From: Nageia nagi
Lineage: Eukaryota > Plantae > Pinophyta
Direction: 5' to 3'
Length of the DNA: 64,000 nucleotides
Assembly (NCBI GenBank): GCA_050084985.1
Contig: JBITNC010000001.1
Span: 163,556,001-163,620,000 of the forward strand
The position numbers and the translations under genes were made by a program. Numbering within the stretch: the stretch's first letter is position 1; every line of letters begins with the position of its first letter. This document shows positions 25,086 through 37,399 of this stretch, one piece after another. The notes under the pieces are model-generated. The model saw nothing but the letters and a program-made list of their open reading frames with translations. It was not told where the DNA came from and did not search any database.

Positions 25086-27714
25086 ATTATGTTGTGCTTT
25101 GCATTTTTTATTATCATTATGAAAATGATTATATTTCTTATTATTTTCTTGATCATCAATTTCTATGCAATTATTTTTATATTCTTCTTCAACATATTTT
25201 TCTTTAAGATTAAGTAAATCTCTTTGAGATTCCACTTTAGTTCTTAGTCTAGCACTTCAAATAGAAACATGCTATCTAGGTTTTTTAGTTATTCAAACAT
25301 AAAGCAATTAGGTTTTTTCAAAGAATAATTTTAAGTGAAAATCACACACAAGCTTTTAATATAATAAATATAAAGAAATGAAAAATTAATCTATAATTTT
25401 AAAAAGAGTTGAACAAGTCAAGTCCACTAGAATATATGATTGTAAAAGTTGACAAAGTTAATACAACTAGGTAAATAATACAACATACTATGATAATGAT
25501 AATATTAGATGAAGCAACAAATTACTAGTAAAGAGTATAGTAAATGATAAATAAGGCTAGGAATATAAAATAATATGAAAGGAAATACTAATATTGATCT
25601 AGTATGATCTTACATGAAAATTGTTGTAAGTATATATGTAGATTGAGAATCATTATAGTAGTTATCAAAATTGTTGTAATCATCTTCTCTCAATGATATG
25701 AGACTTTCTAGAACCTAGATTTTAGAATATGTAAGATGATAACTTAAGTGTGGTGTTAAATTTAGTAGCTCTAGGGTGTCCTTCAATTGGTATGACTCCT
25801 CACTAGTAGTTAGACCTTATCAATAGTAAACAAAGTGTTACACCATTTTGGACAAGAGGATAATGTTATGCAACATATCAATGTTGTAGTCTTATACAAT
25901 TTATGAAGCACAAAGTGATAAACAAAAAGATCAATTTCTTTAAATATGATTTAAGTAGTATGTAATTTCAATATATTCTAGAATATAATGACTAAACAAG
26001 ACTAAGCAATAAGATATTTGGTTAATAAATAAAATTTAATTAATATTTTTAAAATTTTGAATAAATCATAAAAGAATCTTATAATAATTTCAAGACTTCT
26101 ATAACATTATGTAAGGTATAAAATTTAAAATTTAAAATGAGAATCTCAATTTACATGATCTCTCAAATATGGGACGTTCAGGTTCAAAATTCTCTACCTC
26201 TAAAAATTGAAAGATACCAAAAATCCTATCGAATTGATGATAGATACAAACAAAACTAAGATTGTACATTAGATAAATTTTGACGAAACAGATATCAATT
26301 GTAATTCTAAACTTAAACAAATAAAAAATTTATATGATAAATATCAATAAAAAAAACTTAACCTTATATAAAAAATATAAATAATAGGATAAGAGATATT
26401 GGTACGTGACTATAATATTACTTTAGATGTCTATAAAAATAACGACAATCAATGCTTTAACTTTATGTGAATCATAAGAGATGGTGGTCATCCATGGAGA
26501 GGAAGCATCCACAGTGATGCCTTCCATGTATGGAATTTGATGGCCCCTCCTTTCAAAACCAAAAGATTGGAAAGTGGTCTCCAAAATTGGGTTAGCAGGT
26601 CTGACAACTACTCATTAATTCACATGGACGCAAGCTAGTTAGTCAGGTTCGAACACATGTAATCCACTTTGGAAGGATAGTTGTTGGGTGAGAGCCTAAG
26701 GTACTCTTACCTGTTCCTCTGATTTTTGTTTATCCACTTTGTTATCAACTCCTAGGTAGGTCGGAATTTTAGTAATTGACCATTGGAGACATTGTATAAT
26801 TTCTCGGATTTGGTGTTACTTCCTCAGTTTATTGGTAGTAGTTCCCTTAAACCAAGAACATAAGATATTTGGATATAAAACAATTAAATTTTTGTGAAAA
26901 TAAGTTGAACTACCTGCAGCATGAAATTTCCTTGGAAGAGAAATAGGACAACGAACCAATCTAGAAAGTTATTACTCAATATCACGGAGTTTTTATCGTT
27001 GGAAGGTTTGAGATAGGTCCCGACTCCCAAATACTTAAAAACATTCAAAGCTTGAATGTTAGTTTCTGGTTATATGACACAAGCCTTGTGGACCTAAACC
27101 ATTTTTATAAGTATATCCAAGATTAGCTCTCCACCTTGCCAAAAACACATTGATTGTGATAGTTTGCTTACCCATGCAATACACGTTAAACCAATCAAAC
27201 AAAATTGCTTGTCAAACACACAATGTATATTTTTTGTTAAAGGATCCATTTCCCAACCAAGGTAAAAGCTGATTTTGTTATTTTTTTAAGTAAGTTCTTT
27301 AAGATGAGGCAGAGTTGTATCTAATATATTCTCCCAAGAAAACACAATCATAAGGAATAATGTGCATATTTGAAAAGAGCATTAAAAGTTCAATGCAAGA
27401 GGATTGGAAGTTTATGACCCCATGCTTAGTAGATTACACTAAGTTTTACTATATGCTTTGTACAAAGTGCCTGCAATGCACGCTGAGGAGGCCCATTCTG
27501 CAATGAATCTCTACACCTAAATTTAAAATAAGAGACATATCATTAGCAGGCCACTTGACAGTTATCAAGTTGTAAAACGTACATTAGAATTGAATCTATT
27601 GAATAATAAGAACAGCATTTATACATTCCTGTCAAGATCATAATAAAAGTGAAGAAAGTATTGTATTTTGAGAACATCCGGCCTCTACACTCTGAATGCA
27701 TTTATTTACAGGAG

Positions 27715-28327
27715 GTAAGTAAGTAGGGCTGCAGGGCATCTTTTCTTCAACTATTTCTTTATTTCGGAAGTCAAAAGTCAGAGAGCAGTGTCATAATAAC
27801 TCATAGTTGGCATTTCTCTATAGTCTCGTAATATATTGAATTGAATTGCAGATCAGTCAGTGCGCAACAAGATTTTGAAGTTGATAAATTGCTTACTCTG
27901 TCCTTGTTTGATCATATCCAACTTCAGCTGTAGAAAAGGCTATTGGTAGCTATCAAATCTAGAGTGGTATTCTATTTTCTTGTCGAAGTTGCAAAGCAAC
28001 ATTTCTTGTCACCTTGGAAAGCTCCTATACAAAGTTTGTGGGCATCAATTTGTTGACAAATTTAGCTTGGTATTTTGAATTTGCAGAACTTCATGTTTTT
28101 GTCTATGAAGTTGTTATATTATACAATGAATGATTGTGATTAGACATGAAATCTTCTTTTCATGTTGTATGGTCCTTCCATTCTATTGGCTTACTTTCTT
28201 TTAATAGGTCTAGACAAACTTGATTCGCAGGTATGTTGAATATTTCATCTTAATCTCCATTGGGATTGAGCAAGATGTATGTACAGGCTGAAAAGTACTG
28301 ATATCTGTTCTCTGTGCTTTTTGGTAG
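27715..28327 (+). other. Predicted 5' UTR introns (27715-28207 and 28231-28327) flanking a 23-nt UTR exon
   Basis: Strong donors GAG|GTAAGT (27715) and CAG|GTATGT (28231). Pyrimidine-rich acceptors ttttaatAG (28207) and tttttggtAG (28327), the latter 8 nt before the ATG. Confidence 0.55.
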
Positions 28328-28335
28328 AAATCAAA

Positions 28336-30663
28336 ATGGCTCCAAAACATCAATATACATCAGATAATGGAAGTTCAATAATGTCTAGGCCTCTGGGTCA
28401 GTCTGAAGAGAATTGGGCAAGGATAACTGACCAGGGCACTGGCATTACTGCCTCTGGAATTGCTTTGAGGAGGCATGTAGAAGAAAATCAGATCACCATG
28501 GCCGTGCAGGACCTTATGGATAATTATGCCATTGCAAGAGCAACAATTATAGAGAACAACAAAGGTAAGCTCTATCTCCAAGTGAACGATAGTCCAGCGA
28601 AACCAATCGTAAAGGAGAAGGCATGGCCTAGTATAGAGGAACATTCCTATTTAGGTCTTCAAGGGGTCTTGGAAATCCATCATGATGATGAAAACCATTC
28701 TTTAAGCTTAGCACTGCACCAGGTTGTCCGCAATGAGCTTAATATTCCATTCCTGAATTCAGAAAAGATGGCAGCTCCTCCTCTGGATGTGTTGGAGGTT
28801 CATTTTTACAAGAATCCATCAGTGCCACAAACAATTGTCGTGATTAAAATCCACAGTGGTGCTTGTGATAGGCCATCCTGTTTTCTTGTGGTGGAGCATT
28901 TTCTTAGTGCTTTGAATGCTGTGGTTGAAGGAAGAAAGACCCAATTTCCTGATGCTCCTGGAAAGAATGAACTACTGTCTTCAATGGAGGATATCGTACC
29001 TAAAGGCAAAGCAGATAAAGGCTTTTTCACCAAAGGTCTAGATATCTTAGGATATGCCTTAGACTCCAAGAAGTACTCTCTGCTACCATTTAGTCCAGAG
29101 TTCACCAAGATGTCCATCAAGGCTGGCTTCATGTCCGACATTATCACATATAGTCTTGGAAGAGAAGGTAACTTATCTGGACATTTTTAACAGCTATTAT
29201 CCTTGTTCAATCTGGTTAGTTCTCTAACTGTTTTTGCCTTAGGAAAGAGCACAAAGAATAAGATGGGTTTGAAGTGATCTCTCTGAAGTGATTAAACATC
29301 TATGAACACAAAATGTTTAGCAGATTTTAATGTTTTCAAATGAAACTGTTAGTTTCAAAAGTATCGGAATTAAACAACATAGGAAGATGTATTTGAGCTT
29401 TTCATGTTATGAAATTATTAGCATGCCAAAAAATTGACCTACATAGAAAGTTTTATGTGTTCTCCATCCTTGGGTTGATGAGATGATTGATTAAGATCAT
29501 ATGAGTTGGGATTTCAATGAAAGTGATTCAAAGTTTACGTGGACACGTTATTTAGCAGATTTTAAGATTTCCTTGAGATGAAATTATTAGTTTTCCACAA
29601 CATTGACATTAAGCTACATGAGAATTTGTGTTTGCTCTTGATCCTTAAGTTGTTGAGTACATTGATTATTGATTATGATGATATAAACTGAAAATGTATT
29701 TGTACTTGATCCTTGAATTGTTTTAATTATATTGATTGTGATGATACGAATTGAAATTGTGTTTGCTCTTTATCTTTGAGTTGCTGAATGCATTGATTAT
29801 GTTGTTATGTATTCATGTACATGACAGGAACTAGTGCTCTCTTTTCTGCATGCAAGCAAGCGAACACAACTCATGCTGCAGCCCTTGCTTCTGCATACTT
29901 GCGAACAGCTGCCAACAACAAAGAATTGAAAGACAAGAAATTGAACCAGTTTTGCTTCACAGGGTAAAGTCCCTTCCTTTTCATCCAAGAAATTGGAATA
30001 TCTTTTCTTCTTTATGAGCAAAGTATAACAGTCAGTCCAATCCTTTCGTGTATGACAGTGTGTTAGACTGTAGACCTTATTTCGAACCTCCCTTACCACA
30101 AGGTGTCTTAGGAAACTACTCTGCAGGCGTATTACAAGGAGCAAAAGTAAACGATGACATATCGTTTTGGGATCTAGCTCGCCTAATTTCATCCAAAACA
30201 GAAACAGAAATCAACAAACATAAACACTTTTCGGAGCTACCAGTGCTTGCCATGCTTGTAGGACAGGTGATAATCAGGTCTCTTGAATTCCATACATCTT
30301 GCATATTCATTTTTTTGTAATTAAGAAGGGAGTTTAAATTGGTGGATGCAGGTGATGAAACGTCCAAGCCTGACACCCAGCTCATCCAAGAGATCTGGGT
30401 TGTTCACAATGTTCTTAGGAGAGCCTCCCAAGGCCGAGTTGAAGAATGTGGACTCTCTCAATGTGGCAGGGATTTTGGGACCTTTAGCAAGCATGCATGC
30501 AGTGGGTCCTTGCTTCTGTGCTTGTGAATCTTTGAGGGAAGGCCCTGACCTTTGCATCTCCTTGACATATGCAACTCCTGTCTTCACAAGGGATCAAATG
30601 CACTCCTTCGCATCCTGTGTGTTGGAATTGTTGGCCTCGGAGACATCATCAAAACGTCACTAA
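28336..30663 (+). CDS. Condensation-domain / CoA-dependent acyltransferase-fold protein (PapA5/alcohol-acetyltransferase-like, At3g52610-like family), 495 aa; exons 28336-29167, 29828-29963, 30059-30266, 30352-30663
   Basis: GT-AG introns of 660, 95 and 85 bp join 832+136+208+312 = 1488 nt in frame with no stops. Family motifs recognised from recall: RPLGQSEENW..GTGI, IHSGACDR, MEDIVPKGKADKGFFTKGLDILGYAL, LDCRPYFEPPL, FWDLAR, PSLTPSSSKRS, ASMHAVGP, YATPVFTRDQM. Confidence 0.88.
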
Positions 30664-31407
30664 AATCAGAATCTGCTAGTGTTGTGCGAACTTATTTGTT
30701 TGTTCAGTTATAATTTCCTTTGTACTTCCATTGATTCGCTAGAAATTAAGTTAAATTATCTGCCTTATACTGGCTGTCAAGTTGTTTTCTTACTATTGAT
30801 TTTGAATTAAATAGCATCTTTTCAAGGAAGTTTTAATTATCAATATCTCTTTCTGCAAAAGAAAGTAGTATATTTGAACCCAACTTTTCAGTCTTCACTT
30901 ACAAACACCGCCCGAGGAACTTCAAACTTGCAATGAACATTGAAGCATGATTTTAGACTCGTCTTCCCAATTTGATTCCTTGTGTAAAGGAAACATAAAA
31001 CAAATGGCAAAGAATTGCATGTAATGGTGATGGTGTAATGGTATAGACGTCTTTCAACCTTAGTAAGTTGCTTGAGCATGTGAAAAAGATGATTTGTTGG
31101 TTGACAAAAAAGTTACAGAATCCTTAACTTAGAAGGCTATTTTATATTTATTTCTCACATGGTCTCCACAAAATCCTTTAGTTGCAAGATCTATAAGTTT
31201 TGGTTATGGTCAAGCATAGTCATTTCATATTAATCTCGAAATGAATATTAGTTCATTTGTAAATAATCAATTATACATCTTGTAGTGTTATGATAAGAGG
31301 AGATGATCTAGTAGTTGTGCACTTCAATTTTATGCCTCTTAAAACTCGATATAATATTTGAATCACTCTAAATTTTTATAACTTCTTTCTTGTTTAGTTG
31401 TCTGTTT

Positions 31408-31610
31408 ATAATTAAGGTTTCGAATCGTCATCATCACATTTGATAGGTTAATTACGTGTAGTTGTAGAAACTATCCAAAACAACACTTTTCTAAGCTCAT
31501 ACCTAGCGGAGTCAATTACAACCCCTATCGTTAATTACACTTGCACTAATAGTTGAACGCTAATAACTAACCTATCAAATTTAATGATGACAACTCGAAG
31601 CCTTAATTAT
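31408..31610. mobile_element. 203-bp foldback / MITE-like element with ~47-bp terminal inverted repeats
   Basis: ataattaaggtttcgaatcgtcatcatcacatttgataggttaatta (from 31408) matches the reverse complement of 31564-31610 with 6 mismatches. TA or TTAA is available as a TSD at both ends. Confidence 0.7.
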
Positions 31611-33168
31611 CCTCTCCCCTAACTATCTTCTTGTTGTTTGATTTATCTATGATTTTGTTTAGTTAAAGTTTTCAATTATATTTTTCTAAGATACTACTTT
31701 TTTTTGTCATATGATATCAAAGTTTTCGTCACCTTTTATCTCAAAAGCAACTAAATAAGATTCCTTATTAAATTCTATTTTTCTTGAAGAAAAAATGATA
31801 AAAGTTATAGGCTCAAATTATAAAGTTCATAATAGATTATACATCTTGTTTGGATGTTACATACATTATGTCATTAAGAATTATTAATTATAAATACATT
31901 ATGTCATTGAAAATTATTAATTATAAAGTTAAAAGAGTAAAATTAACAAATTTTGGAATCTTGATCATAAAATTCATGGGGTATGATGGGGAAAATTAAC
32001 TTCAACTAGAATCAATTTAGAGTTTATCTAGAATCAATTTACCCTTTGTATGATATTATTTTGTCATTTTTTAAATTTGAGATATGTATCTTTTCCAAAA
32101 AATTACATATGTTTAGTTGTTTACTTATGCCATGCTTGACATGGGGGCATTGCCACTTTTGGATTATCTTGATACTTTAGAATAATTTATCATTTATTGC
32201 ATCGTTTTTAGTGTCGAAATATGATAGACTTTAAGATACATTTTTGACATAATATTATGAAAATAAATTTATCCACGTGATTAACCTTGAAATATAAATG
32301 TTTATTGTAACATGAATTAATTATATGTTATCTTAATTTTTTTTATAATATATTTTTCCTCTAAGTTTAAGGGGGGCATGTTGTAGTATTCTATATGACA
32401 TAGTAAAGGGAATATACTAACTTTCAAACTTTCTAAGACATGTTTGCTTATATGATGATTCTTTTTAGTTACAAGAATTTATTTTTCCAATATTAGAAGA
32501 ACTTGTGATATAACGAACATTTTTTGAAAAATGATGGTTATCATCAAAATAAATTTATCAAACAAGGGTTTAATAACATATAATTATATTGCAAATATAG
32601 AATGCAATTTACAAAAGGATATGCTTACCCCCTTCATAAAATCTTTAACTCCATCTATTGGTACAATTTACACTAAAAAAGGTCTTTAAGAGAGGTTTCA
32701 AATTTCCCTTAAAGATCTTTAATGGTAGTTATCCAACCATCATCTATGATGGTGTCGTAAAAACATTAGCACCCTACAATGAAAGATAAAAATCACCTCA
32801 AAAAATTATTAATGTTTATTATATGAAGGTGGTTTAAAACAATCACCTCATGGACCATAATGATTGTAGGGTATGCATAGAATGGTTTTCATGTACTGTA
32901 ATGATCACATGATATGCATAGAATATGTATGGTTTGGAGGCCCTCCGCATATATCTATCTCTTATAATATTGTATTCAAAAGAAATCCTTACAGTAGGGA
33001 AAGTGTATCCATACTCTCATTCTTAATTACAATCACCTAAGATTCAAGGAAGATGAATTTTTGCACAATACCCTTCTCCAAATGTATGTCAAGTGTGATA
33101 GGCTCATCAATGCTTATGGCATTTTTGATAGAATGATTAAGAAAGATGTAGTTTCTTGGAATGCAATG

Positions 33169-33640
33169 AAGTAATGTTGTACTAGATGAATCCATACTTG
33201 CTCTATATTTTTTCAATATTGGCCAACTTAGGGTCTCTAGAAGAGGGCATTGATATCCATTAAAAAATAATTAGAAGTGGTTTCCACTTAAATGTCATTT
33301 TGATAAATGTTATCATCCATGAGAATATGTTTTCTCTATTATTTTATCAAACAATATGCAGACTTTGTGCATATTTCCAAACTCAACAAACACACAGATA
33401 TATATAAAGTGATGTTGTACTAGATGAATCCATACTTGTCTATATTTTTTCAATATTGGCCAACTTAGGATCTCTAGAAGAGGGCATTGATATCCATTGA
33501 AAAATAATTAGAAGTGGTTTACACTTGAATGTCATTTTGATAAATGTTATCATCCATGAGAATATGTTTTCTCTATTATTTTATCAAACAGTATGCGGGC
33601 TTTGTGCATATTGCCAAACTTAAGATACACACACACACAC
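33169..33640 (+). repeat. Tandem duplication of a ~238-bp unit (sense PPR L-motif plus antisense PPR segment)
   Basis: aagt(a/g)atgttgtactagatgaatcc at 33169 and 33407; tccatgagaatatgttttc at 33316 and 33553. Confidence 0.9.
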
Positions 33641-33726
33641 ATATTTGTGTGTTTGTTGAGTTTGGGAATATGCACAAAGCCCGCATACTATTTGATAAAA
33701 TAATAGAGAAAACATATTCTAATGGA
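33553..33726. ncRNA. Candidate PPR-derived hairpin RNA / proto-MIRNA (inverted duplication)
   Basis: 33553-33640 is the reverse complement of ~33646-33726, with 3 mismatches in the outer 68 bp and a short loop around ATATTT. The structure is directly visible; expression is unproven. Confidence 0.5.
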
Positions 33727-34049
33727 CTACATTAAATGTAAGGTATGTGCAAATTGGGTTTCTTAATGAAATTGTGAAACTTTTTTATGGAAATGCCTCA
33801 AAGAGAAACAATCTCATGAAATGCAATGATAATAGGATATGCATAAAATAGGCATGGTTTATAGGCTCTAAAGTATTTTAAAAAAATGCAATTGATTCAT
33901 TTTAGACAAGATTGAATAGCCATTGCAAGTATTCTAGTCATATATGCAACTTTTACAACTTTAAAATGGGGGCATGGACATTCATGGTCAAACAATTAGA
34001 TGTGGGTTTGTTTTGCATGTAATTGCAATAACAACCCTAGTAGACAAGG

Positions 34050-34813
34050 GTTTTGTTTAGAAATATGCATTATGAATGAATAATTTTATAGATTGCAAGC
34101 AAAATATTATATAAAGAAGTCAAGCTAACCTCTCAGATCCAACATTAATGTGTCGAATTTGAACAAATTTACCACATAAAAAATTCTCAATGTTCAACTC
34201 AAACATTAACAATAACCTTGATAAAATTATTGTATACTCAACATATAACCAATAGGAGCATAAACACAACAAGAGTTTAACTCTCCCAAGATCTTAACTT
34301 GGCATTATCCATGTAAATGAAAGAACCAATGAACAACTATGGAGCTATACTCATACATAAATGAAGCAATAATTGAATGCTTGAAGTAAAACACTCTATT
34401 ATGCACCCACAAATGATAAGAAAAATTACAACATACTCTTTATGTATTCTGATAGAATACTACACTTTGCAACTAAGATCTCATAGAGCTATTTACTTTA
34501 CAATATGGAGTTCTCATCTATGAGAATCTACATGAATCTATATGCTCTACTACAATAAATAATCCATTATATAGATATCCTAGGCTACTACAATCCAACA
34601 TAGAAATCAACATAACATTGATCTTGTGATAAAATATGAAAGTTTCACAAAGTTAAACAACCTAACAAACTACTGAAAACTATGCAAACATGTAAAAAAA
34701 TAAATAAATATAGAAACTAACAAAATTCATCCACATAGTGTGGACACCCTAAAAATAGACATGCTATGGTGTGGCTATTATGGCTTTGAGAGAAATACAA
34801 CATTCTCCCCCTT
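34050..34813 (-). mobile_element. LTR (minus strand) with PPT, truncating the PPR pseudogene
   Basis: tacaaca (34802) followed by ttctccccctt reads AAGGGGGAGAA-TGTTG on the minus strand. PPR homology stops abruptly at ~34048. Confidence 0.6.
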
Positions 34814-35049
34814 GATGTTGAAAGAACTCAAGTTCAAAAGCATAAAAAATTGGTTGATTGATGTCGTCTTACCTTTCTTCTAGTTTTTAAGTAGAAAATT
34901 CAAAAACACAAAAAGGTTTTTACATTGGCACTCCTTTCTCTCTCTATGTGGACTATTCTCCATCAACTTTGCTTCTTCCTACAAATACACATTGAGTACC
35001 TTTTGATGATAAAATCCCCCTTCATAAAAAAACTCTTCAAATGATATTC

Positions 35050-37350
35050 CAACTATTGAAACTTAATCTTGGTCCACCTTAGGTGGTTTCATTAAGTGTT
35101 TTATTATGTTGATCTTATATCATGTTATTGGTGCTTTCTTGATCCTTTATCATGCAATCTTATCATTTATTATGTTAGGTACCCCAACATTGATGCTTGT
35201 ATTCCTAAGAGAAAATTGGAGGATATCTTGCATATATAAGGGTAAGTATGATTGCAAGGGGGAGTTATCAAGATTTCATCTCGATAGTCAGTACCTAAAC
35301 TATTAGGTGTTTCTCAATGCCACCTATTAAGATTGGGATCTTATTATCATATGAGCATATTTGTTAATTAATTTTTCATAATTATATGTTAGGGTCTACT
35401 TTTAGATCATTTGCTATGCATTAGATTTTGGTTGCAAACTCCATTTTTTTTGGATACCTAGCATCCATGCTACTATATACATTAGCTTTACTTTTTGGGG
35501 CTAAATGTTTGCACTCTTGTGGATGTTCGTGCTGCTATTCTAGCATACTATACTCTATGGGGATTTGCACATCAAGATCACTATCTTTGATAAGCTTCTA
35601 TTTGCATATAATCTTTATCATTAGGTAAGGTTTACAAGTATTTATCTTTCACTTGATTCTAGTCTCAATAACATATTTTATTATCTTGATCCAATAATAT
35701 AAGATTTGTTATTCACTATCATATTTACATACATTTAAATGATTATTATTATTACCATTTATATTTGTTTATCTTGGTGTAAAGAATACATCATCTACAT
35801 GTGAATGTTTAATGTAGTTTTTACTTAGCTCATACTAGGGTCACTAAAAATACATTTCTATATATAATGGATATAAATGTCATTTACAAAAATACAATTG
35901 ATCATTTGAAATGTATATGTGGGTCAGGAATCATGTGTTTCTTTATCAAAACTATTTTAAAATAATAAATTCTTGTTTGGCGTATGACAACCCTATGGGT
36001 TGGGGATTTAACATCTTGTTTTGGAATATGAAAACCCTATGGGTTGGGAATTTAGCATCTTGTTTGACTTTATGATTGTTATATATATTTACTGGGAAGA
36101 CATTGAAAAATTCCCATATTTTGGTATATTAAAATCCTTTTGGTTGGTCATTTAGCATCTTCTTGTTGGTTATATGACAACCCTTTAGGTTGGGCATTTG
36201 GCATCTTCTCTTTGGTAATATAAAAATCCTTTGGGTTGGGCATTTAGCACCTCCTCTTTGGTAATATGGAAACCATTTGGATTAGGCTTTGAGTAATCAA
36301 TATCTTTATTGGATGGGTTTAAACTAACTATCACTATGATTAATCTTTACAATTATATGTGTGCATCCATGAATGAGGTACTAGGTATTACTATGTCGAT
36401 TTTTATCTATGAATGGGATATTTGATGCTATCATGATGATGTATAAATATTATATTAATTTCATCCTTCCTCTTTATTGATATATCTTTTGAGATGAAAT
36501 GTTTGTGTATGAGTCCATGAATGGGATGCTTGGTTCTATTGTGATTATGTATATCCATGAATAGGGAATTAAGTGTTATCATGATGATATGATGCACTTA
36601 TGGTGATTATTTCTCTCATTACCATTACTATATCTTTAAGAGTTTTTATTATATATATATATATTTGAAAAGTGGTATTTTTTTCTCTCTTTTTTAGGTT
36701 ATTATTTTCTCTTGGTTATTCTTATTTATAACTATTCCATTTCATAATAAGGCAAAGAGGGGGTAGAAAATATCATCAACCTCTAATGATTGTATGAATT
36801 CACAAAAAAAACAAGTGTAAAATTTTTCTTTCCTTATTTTTTTTACTTCCTTAGCAAACATAATTACATTTCAAATTTCATTTCAATTCATTATATTTGG
36901 AAAGGGGGTATCTGTTGACACTTTATGGTCCACCCTTGGTACATCCTTATTAAGTGTTTCATTATGTTAACAAAATATTATATCATGCATGTTATATTAG
37001 TCCTTTCTCATGTAATCTCATCCTTTATAATGCTAGGTATCCCAACATCGATGCTTGCCTTCCTAAGTAGAAATGGGTAATTTCTCTTGCATATATAAAT
37101 GTAAGTATGATTACAAGGGAAGGCATCAAGATTTCATCTTGATAACTAGTACCTAAACTATCAGGTGTTTCTCAATGCTACCTATTGAGTTTGGGATCTT
37201 GTTATCACATGAGCATATATGTTATTCCATATTCTACAATTATATGTTTGGATCAACTTATCGATCTTCTTCTTTACATTAGATCTTGGTTGTGAACTCC
37301 ATTCATTGGGATACCTAGCATCCGTGTTGTTGTACATATCAACATTACTA
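35050..37350. repeat. Retroelement-derived duplicated blocks including a ~44-bp tandem repeat (35973-36290)
   Basis: Block ttaggtaccccaacat.gatgctt..cttgcatatataag occurs at ~35175, ~37035 and ~43310. Unit tatgacaaccctatgggttgggcatttagcatcttgtttgg is repeated. Confidence 0.7.
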
Positions 37351-37399
37351 TTCAATGTTACTAATATTTTCCTAGCCAATATATGAAGATATAAATGAG

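Larger units (their letters stand above)
32840..34048 (+). pseudogene. PLS-class pentatricopeptide repeat (PPR) pseudogene
   Basis: SWTIMIVGYA*NG; GKCIHTLIL..LHNTLLQMYVKCDRLINAYGIFDRMIKKDVVSWNAM; LGSLEEGIDIH*KIIRSGF; FGNMHKARILFDKI; EMPQRETIS*NAMIIGYA*NRHG; MDIHGQTIRCGFVLHVIAITTLVD. Many stops and frameshifts. Confidence 0.92.

Noticed and set aside
26483-26545. Small hairpin in the upstream region (catgga..gcatc / gatgcc..tccatg)
   Set aside because: Short and bulged, no known miRNA match recognised, plausible by chance.
28279-28335. Upstream ATG extending the host protein by 19 aa
   Set aside because: It lies within the predicted intron 28231-28327; ATG 28336 has a good context (aaaATGG).
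28375-30587. Antisense ORFs overlapping the host gene
   Set aside because: Shadow frames of the coding exons with no recognisable motifs.
32365-32385. PPT+TG motif (aaggggggcatgttg)
   Set aside because: Probably an ancient copia end, but no partner LTR or readable coding sequence to delimit it.
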